Assembly: GCA_016777125.1 (NCBI GenBank)
Contig: JADHSC010000004.1
Location: 16,866-80,865 of the forward strand
Direction of reading: 5' to 3'
Length of the DNA: 64,000 bases
Source of the DNA: Candidatus Poseidoniaceae archaeon
GTDB lineage: Archaea > Thermoplasmatota > Poseidoniia > Poseidoniales > Poseidoniaceae
The first letter of the stretch is position 1; every line of letters begins with the position of its first letter. Position numbers and translations under genes: made by a program. Shown here piece after piece: positions 57,935 through 64,000 of this stretch. The notes under the pieces are model-generated. The model saw nothing but the letters and a program-made list of their open reading frames with translations. It searched no databases and was not told the origin of the DNA.

Positions 57935-59089
57935 ATGATGTCTGAAGTTGTTGTTGAATCAAATTACGATAGTTTACTTGATGCTTTTAGTCCCCTCAAG
58001 AACCGCTTGAATTGGCTTTTGTTAGCAGTACCAGTAACACTGTTCTTCAACATCCAAGGAAACGTTGAAATGACGTTTTTGTTTTCGATGATTTCAATCA
58101 TGCCATTGGCTTTTCTCATGGGTCATGCAACAGAAGAGATAGCCCTTCGAGCTGGTGAAAATCTTGGAGGTTTACTCAATGCTACCTTTGGAAACGCTGT
58201 GGAAATCATCATCGCAAGTATTGCCATCTATACGGCGTTCAGTGATCCAGATCAAGCAGAGACAATGATCGTACTCGTTCAAGCATCATTGATTGGATCG
58301 ATTCTTGGTAATCTGCTTCTTGTTCTTGGGTTAGCATTGCTATGGGGTGGAATCAAATTTAGGATTCAATCGTTTAATCAATCTGCACTTTCCATGAACG
58401 GTAGTTTGCTTCTCTTAGCAGTTCTCGCCCTTATCATCCCAGCTGCTGCACATCATACAGGTTCCAACGTTACCGATGAAAACGTTCTCGAGTTGTCCCG
58501 TTATGCTTCCTTGGCTCTCTTGGCAATGTATTGCTTGTCGCTCTTCTTCCAGTTCAAAACCCATTCCGATATTTTCAATTCTTCAGAGGATTCATCTCAC
58601 CACGAAGAGCCAAAAATGTCGATAAAAAATGCGTGGGCTCTTCTGATTATTGCTACTGTTATGGTGGGATATATGGCTGAACTACTTGTTCACAGTGTTG
58701 ACAAAGCAGCAAGCGAATGGGGAATGCCAACGCTCTTCATCGGTGTTATTCTGCTTCCGTTCTTTGGTAATGCTGCAGAACACTTCACTGCAGTAATCGT
58801 TGCTGGGAAGGACAAGATGGATCTATCCCTCGCAATCGCAATTGGTTCAAGTGTCCAAATTGCAGTATTTGTCGCTCCACTGATGGTTCTTTTCGCTTGG
58901 ATATTGGGCGTTGGACTCTCTTTGGAATTCGGCCTTCTTGAAACTGCCGCGACATTCATGGGCGTTCTTGTTGCGAACTTTATTCTAAACGATGGTAAGA
59001 CGAACTGGCTTGAAGGAGCAATGTTACTTGCATGCTATGTTATACTGGCTCTATCCTTCCTTCTCATTCCATTTGAAGTTGGGGCTTGA
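57935..59089 (+). CDS. Ca2+/H+ antiporter (CaCA/CAX family)
   Basis: Two alpha-repeat signatures GNAVEIIIASIAI and GNAAEHFTAVIVA (GNxxE) in the two halves of an 11-TM protein. 384 aa. Confidence 0.8.
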   Translation: MMSEVVVESNYDSLLDAFSPLKNRLNWLLLAVPVTLFFNIQGNVEMTFLFSMISIMPLAFLMGHATEEIALRAGENLGGLLNATFGNAVEIIIASIAIYTAFSDPDQAETMIVLVQASLIGSILGNLLLVLGLALLWGGIKFRIQSFNQSALSMNGSLLLLAVLALIIPAAAHHTGSNVTDENVLELSRYASLALLAMYCLSLFFQFKTHSDIFNSSEDSSHHEEPKMSIKNAWALLIIATVMVGYMAELLVHSVDKAASEWGMPTLFIGVILLPFFGNAAEHFTAVIVAGKDKMDLSLAIAIGSSVQIAVFVAPLMVLFAWILGVGLSLEFGLLETAATFMGVLVANFILNDGKTNWLEGAMLLACYVILALSFLLIPFEVGA

Positions 59090-59640
59090 TTATGACACTG
59101 CTTGGAAGAGGGAAATTTGGAGTAGGATTGACCGGCTTCGCAATTCTTTTTCTTACAGCTGGAATGATTGGTTTTACCTTTGAAGGAGAAGTCGAAGGCG
59201 TTCCTACTCCAAATGCTCCGAATCAAGCGTTTTTTTCAGATGAACCCTTGCCGAGCAATCCTCTCATTGGAATTCTTTCAACTGAACTCACATTGACATG
59301 GGATCGTGACGACGTCTGGATTGGTATTGTTGATGAAGCTGAAAAAGATCGTTGTGATGATGTCCCCTCTTCTTTCTTTACAGGAGGACTTGGGTGTGAT
59401 GGAGTGTCAACAAATTTCGTTGCTGGTGATTCAAGTGCAACCGCTGAAACAGGTTTTACTTGGGAAATGGAATCAGGAACCTATTTTGCTGCCTTAGGAG
59501 CAAAGGATGGAGTTCTAGCCGAAGGAACCGAAGTCAAGATTGACTATGAAGCCCACATTGGACATTCATTGCTTAGCGTTGTAGTTTCGATGTTTATTCT
59601 TGGAATAGGTGCGACATTGATTTATTATGGCCGCGAATGA
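59086..59640 (+). CDS. Membrane protein (N- and C-terminal TM), hypothetical; translationally coupled to the antiporter
   Basis: ATGA overlap with the upstream stop. Hydrophobic N-terminus GLTGFAILFLTAGMIGF and C-terminus LLSVVVSMFILGIGATLIYY flank an acidic soluble domain. 184 aa. Confidence 0.35.
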   Translation: MIMTLLGRGKFGVGLTGFAILFLTAGMIGFTFEGEVEGVPTPNAPNQAFFSDEPLPSNPLIGILSTELTLTWDRDDVWIGIVDEAEKDRCDDVPSSFFTGGLGCDGVSTNFVAGDSSATAETGFTWEMESGTYFAALGAKDGVLAEGTEVKIDYEAHIGHSLLSVVVSMFILGIGATLIYYGRE

Positions 59641-60900
59641 TTATTCGATTCCATCATAATATGTGCTAACTGCTGCATCGAGCTCTTCGATGGTTGCTCT
59701 TTCATCAACAGTTTTGGTTTCTCCATTGAGTCGTAATGCCTGCCCATTTACCCAAACATCCAGACAGTCACCGCCGTTGTAAACGAGATTTGCAAGATGC
59801 CGATCGTTTGAACGACCGAGAGGACGCATTCGAATATCATCAAGATTCCAAGCGACCCAATCTTTACTTCCTTTTGTTGCGATACTGAAAATATCTTTTG
59901 CAGGAAGCAAGGTTGAATCCCAATGATCATGTCGTTGAACAAGGCTTGCTAAACGAGCCTCATGGAGTAAATTTAGTCCATTTCCACTCGATGCAGCACC
60001 GTCTGTTCCTATTCTCAAATCCACTCCAGCATCTTTGTAGGGGGGATAGGAAAGAGTTCCACCACAGGCCAATTTCATGTTTGAAGAAGGACAATGAACA
60101 GCAGTAATATCGTAGTCAGCCATCATTCGAATTTCGTTTTTCTTAACCCAAGAAGCGTGGGCAAAAATTGTTCCCGGTTTGATAAAATCAATCGATTGCA
60201 AATATTCGACAGGATACATTCCTGTTTTTTCTTTGCATTCAGCGACTTCTTTTCGGGTTTCACTCACGTGGATGTGAAGGCGTCCATTCCTCTTTTCAGC
60301 AAGTTCACTCGCTCTTCGTAGAGTATCCTCAGAGCAAAGGTAGACTGAATGAGTTGCAATAGCATACTGTACAAGGTCATCTTCAGAATTGTTAGCGATC
60401 AAACCATCGAGTTCAGCTAACGCAGATTGTGCATTTTCATGTGAAGGAAGCGCAGCATCACTGACAGGGCCACCACATAATCCTCTCAATCCAGCCTTTT
60501 CTAGGACATTGCCTGTAACGGCAGGGAAGAAATACATGTCAGCAGCGAAAGTGGAACCTGTACGAATCATTTCAGCAGCAGCTGCTTGAGCACCAATTCG
60601 AACAAACTCGGGAGTAATCTTCGCCTCAGTCGGGAAGATAGCCTCATCGAGCCATCGATGAAGCGGAAAACCATCGCTAAAATCACGGGCATTCAATTGC
60701 ATTGCTAAGTGCGTATGCCAATTTTGCAAGGACCGAGTGATGACTCGATTTGACCCGTCAATATCTTCCAGAACATCCTCATCACCGTTTGATTCTGACC
60801 ATGTTCCATCTTTGTGGAGCAAGAAATCTCCAACGTGTTTGGCGAAGTGATCATCGTACAAAACCGCGTTACGATAACGAACGGCAGTATCATCGCCCAT
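59641..60900 (-). CDS. Amidohydrolase-superfamily nucleoside deaminase (MtaD / 5'-deoxyadenosine-SAH deaminase-like)
   Basis: Metal-binding motif NWHTHLAM (HxH). Downstream motifs HVSET and FAHASW. Size 419 aa and overall pattern match the MtaD/guanine-deaminase clade. Confidence 0.6.
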   Translation of the reverse strand: MGDDTAVRYRNAVLYDDHFAKHVGDFLLHKDGTWSESNGDEDVLEDIDGSNRVITRSLQNWHTHLAMQLNARDFSDGFPLHRWLDEAIFPTEAKITPEFVRIGAQAAAAEMIRTGSTFAADMYFFPAVTGNVLEKAGLRGLCGGPVSDAALPSHENAQSALAELDGLIANNSEDDLVQYAIATHSVYLCSEDTLRRASELAEKRNGRLHIHVSETRKEVAECKEKTGMYPVEYLQSIDFIKPGTIFAHASWVKKNEIRMMADYDITAVHCPSSNMKLACGGTLSYPPYKDAGVDLRIGTDGAASSGNGLNLLHEARLASLVQRHDHWDSTLLPAKDIFSIATKGSKDWVAWNLDDIRMRPLGRSNDRHLANLVYNGGDCLDVWVNGQALRLNGETKTVDERATIEELDAAVSTYYDGIE

Positions 60901-60971
60901 GGCCTTGCCTGGTTGTGCTTCTTCATGAGCCTAGTGCTTGAATCGTCAATAGCATGTTCAGCATTCACGCT

Positions 60972-62234
60972 CTATTCATCTTGAATAAGTGGCGTAATTT
61001 CCAACTGGTATCGTTGAGCACTGATCTCAAGTGCTTCAATTCCAGGAAGTGTTCTACCTGCAATGTAATCCAAACAAGCACCACCGCCAGTGGAAACGTG
61101 TCCCATTTTATCTGCAAGACCACGTTGACTCACCAATGTAGCGGTATGTCCTCCACCCATGAGTGCATATCCACTTGATTCTGCACAGGCGTTGAGCATT
61201 TCGATTGTCCCCAAGGCGAAGTCAGGCAATTCAAAGACTCCAGCAGGTCCGTTTAGAATGATGGTTCCAGCACTCTTAATCCGAGAAGATAGGGCGAGAA
61301 TGGATGAAATTCCCATGTCGAAAAGTGGTGCATGAATTGGCAACTTCTCGACATTGATATCAATACGGTTTTCTTCTACATTCGCTGCAACATCAACTGG
61401 TAACACAATCTTATCTTTGTGTAGTTTAAGCAGAGATGTGGCGGATTCTATCGTTGATTCCCAAGCGTCTTGTAGTTCATTTTGCAGGAATGAGACGTTT
61501 CCTTCTCCGATATTATTTCCAGAAAGGTGAATGGCGAGGTTCGCAACTCCACCGGTGAACCAGACTTCGTCAGCAATATTATTTTCAAGCATATTATGTG
61601 CTACTTCGATACTGTCATCGACTTTGATACCGCCAAGAACAGCAATACAAGGTCGTGCTGGAGATTCAAGCGCTTGATCGATTTGTCGAATTTCGTGTGC
61701 CATTAACTCTCCAGCAACACATGGTAAATGGTGTGCAAACCCAACGATACTTGGACTTGAACGATGAGCACATGCAAACGCATCGTTCACGAATACGTCC
61801 GCAACACTCGCTAAATCTTGAACGAGTTGCGTTTCAGAAAGAGCGAGAGCATCACCTTTGCGATTCACTTCTTCAGGATCCATTCGAATGTTATTCAACA
61901 TGAGAATATCTCCCATCTTCATGTCCTCAATAGCTTCCATTGCTTTTGGGCCATGAATGTCATCAACCCAACGAATTGAACGCCCCAATAATCGTCCAAG
62001 TTCACGAGCGTGACCAAGTGTACTGGTGAAGTCGTTCTTTCCAGGTCTGGATTGATGGGCAATAAGAACAGTTTTTGCCTTTGACAATCGATTCAACGTT
62101 GGAAGAATGGCTCGAATCCTTGTATCATCAAGAAACGACTTGGTTGCAGGATCAAGCGGGCTGTTGATATCAACGCGCAAGAGAACAGTCTTGCCTTCGA
62201 TGTTGATATTGTCCAATGTTAGGACGTTCGCCAT
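60972..62234 (-). CDS. pgk: Phosphoglycerate kinase
   Basis: N-terminus MANVLTLDNINIEGKTVLLRVDINSPLD. The protein also contains the G-rich ATP-binding segments GGGACLDY and ALMGGGHTATLV. 420 aa. Confidence 0.9.
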   Translation of the reverse strand: MANVLTLDNINIEGKTVLLRVDINSPLDPATKSFLDDTRIRAILPTLNRLSKAKTVLIAHQSRPGKNDFTSTLGHARELGRLLGRSIRWVDDIHGPKAMEAIEDMKMGDILMLNNIRMDPEEVNRKGDALALSETQLVQDLASVADVFVNDAFACAHRSSPSIVGFAHHLPCVAGELMAHEIRQIDQALESPARPCIAVLGGIKVDDSIEVAHNMLENNIADEVWFTGGVANLAIHLSGNNIGEGNVSFLQNELQDAWESTIESATSLLKLHKDKIVLPVDVAANVEENRIDINVEKLPIHAPLFDMGISSILALSSRIKSAGTIILNGPAGVFELPDFALGTIEMLNACAESSGYALMGGGHTATLVSQRGLADKMGHVSTGGGACLDYIAGRTLPGIEALEISAQRYQLEITPLIQDE

Positions 62235-62373
62235 GGTTCTTCCAAGTGAACTCAGTTCTTGAGTGATGTGCTGAATAAATCGAATTTATTCACAATATGG
62301 AGAGCGTGAGGCCAATATAGGTAACAAAACTGTTACCAAAGGATATTTTAAACTTAAGAGATAGCGAAATATA

Positions 62374-64000
62374 TGCGAGCATTGTTTGTAAGTGTAGTGC
62401 TCCTCACAGTTTTCGCATCTCCAATGATTACACAACAAACCACTTTGGAAGCAGAGCGCGATGAGATTCAGTACTCAAGTCCAATTCAAACTACGATTTC
62501 ACCAAACACAGGTTGGACTGCCGGTGGCGAAGAGATTACAATTTCAGGAAGTGGGTTTTCTGATCTTGCCTTTACCAATACGACATACGATGGCATCAAT
62601 CATCAATGGACGAAGACGACTGCAGACTACGGGAATGAGGCAGGACATGAAAACGCAATGGCAATTGACTCGAATGGTCATGTGCACATCGTTCATGCGA
62701 GTGGTGATGGCTACGCATTCACCCACAGTGTTTACGATGGTTCTTCCTGGACACCCACAGCAATCAAAAATTGCGAAGGAAGTTATTGTTGGGACACGCA
62801 CATGGTGATTGACGACAACGACGAACTCCATGCTGCTTATTCTACCAACACTGGCCTCATCGTGTACATGCATTACGACGGCTCTTCATGGACTTCAACA
62901 CAGGTCACCACGGGCGCAAAAGTTGGGCCAGTAGGCATTGCCCTCGATTCAAACAACCATCCTCACATCTCCTTCACCGGTTATCAGCAGTATTGCGGCA
63001 ATGGTCTTCGACTTGCCTCGTTTGACGGGGCATCATGGTCGACCAACATCATCGAATCAGGTAGCAACAAGGGATGTGACTCGGCCATCATCATTGATGG
63101 CAACGACAATGCCTACATTGCGTTTCAAGACCGAGACCAAGCGAAATTGAAGTTCACAACCAACAAAAGCGGTTCTTGGATTACCTACGCACCTGATTCC
63201 GGCGGGTACAACATCGCCTATCCAGGCTACTACAGCTCCCTAGCCATGGACGACCAAGGACAATTCCACATTGCTCATTACGATAGCGATAACGACGATT
63301 TGCGTTACTCAACGGGCGTGCCAAATGGGGCATGGACAAACACGGTTGTCGATTCATCAGGAGATACTGGTCGAAAACCCTCCATTGCCATTGACGCAGC
63401 AGGAGATCCGCACATCGTGTACCGCTCTTGGAGCGGTTGGAAATTGAAATATGCTACACTAAATCCATCATCGCCAAATTGGCAAGTCAGTACTATCGAG
63501 ACTACTGGTGGCCAAGGAGATGGTACAGGCGAATCTAATTCGCTTATCATCGATGATGGAGGCATGATGCATGTTGCCTACACCGATGAGACGAATGGAG
63601 TCCTTCGATATGCCACAAAATCGACCGGCGTGACTGTCACAAACGAGATCACTGTCAAGTTTGGTCAACTTGGTTCGGTAACAGCTGATGTAATCGATGA
63701 TTCAACCATTCGACTCACAACACCCGCAGTTGCGAATCCTGGAACGAGCACAATCTCACTTATCGATGTCGAGGGTAGCGAACATCAACTTTCCTCAACG
63801 TTCGAATTTATTGATCAAAACGATTTGGATGCCGATGGTATTCCAAACGCAAACGATGATTGTCCAGATGTAGCAGGTACTTCCACCCAAGATCAGAACG
63901 GGTGTCCAGATGATGATGGCGATGGGTACAGCAATTCAGGTGATGCATTCCCGAACGATGTTCTCGAATGGGCGGATACTGACGGAGATGGTGTTGGTAA
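62374..64000 (+). CDS. Secreted repeat protein with a beta-propeller-like array followed by thrombospondin-type-3-like Ca2+-binding Asp repeats (3' partial; runs off the window)
   Basis: ATG 62374 with signal peptide MRALFVSVVLLTVFASPMITQ. Repeats of ~45 aa have the pattern DSNGHVHIVHA..DG...TH..YDGSSWT. The C-terminus contains DLDADGIPNANDDCPDVAG...QNGCPDDDGDGYSNSGDAFPNDVLEWADTDGDGVG (DxDxDG). TATA-like ATATTTTAAAC lies ~35 nt upstream. It is absent from the ORF track because no stop falls within the window. Confidence 0.55.

Noticed and set aside
1-64000. CRISPR arrays or cas genes
   Set aside because: No regularly spaced direct repeats of 25 to 40 nt were seen, and no Cas-like proteins (Cas1, Cas2, Cas3 HD, Cas10) were found among the translated ORFs.

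Overview
Working from the sequence and the ORF track only, with no database searches. The window looks like a chromosomal segment from a marine euryarchaeon, probably Marine Group II (Poseidoniales); this taxonomic guess is inference. Supporting signals are an archaeal RadA with an N-terminal helix-hairpin-helix domain, a TFB-like zinc-ribbon protein, FtsZ, an archaeal-type initiator tRNA-Met (A1:U72 pair, three G:C pairs in the anticodon stem, encoded CCA), three very large secreted surface proteins and many acidic proteins. I call about 50 genes, mostly housekeeping.

The housekeeping set includes pyruvate kinase, a malic enzyme fused to a phosphotransacetylase-like domain (MaeB type), NADP isocitrate dehydrogenase, phosphoglycerate kinase, a fused PabB-PabA plus a PabC-like lyase, a PduO-type cobalamin adenosyltransferase, RlmH, a Nudix hydrolase, a DHH phosphoesterase, phosphatidylserine decarboxylase, a CDP-alcohol phosphatidyltransferase, a Ca2+/H+ antiporter and an OsmC-like protein. 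I found no CRISPR array, integrase or transposase.

The most unusual features are:
- A translationally coupled two-gene operon (618..9250) encoding an AddB-like and an AddA-like helicase-nuclease pair. This is a bacterial-type double-strand-break end-resection machine, unexpected in an archaeon.
- A 1126-residue all-helical protein ending in a PIN nuclease domain (41860..45240).
- A membrane protein with two canonical EF-hands whose stop overlaps the start of a YchF-family GTPase that carries a cysteine-rich insertion.
- A membrane-anchored RCC1-repeat gene that appears to be interrupted by two -1 frameshifts.
- A phosphatidylserine decarboxylase next to a radical-SAM-like protein with an unusual Cx7Cx2C motif.
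- A secreted protein with a CXXCH heme-binding motif.
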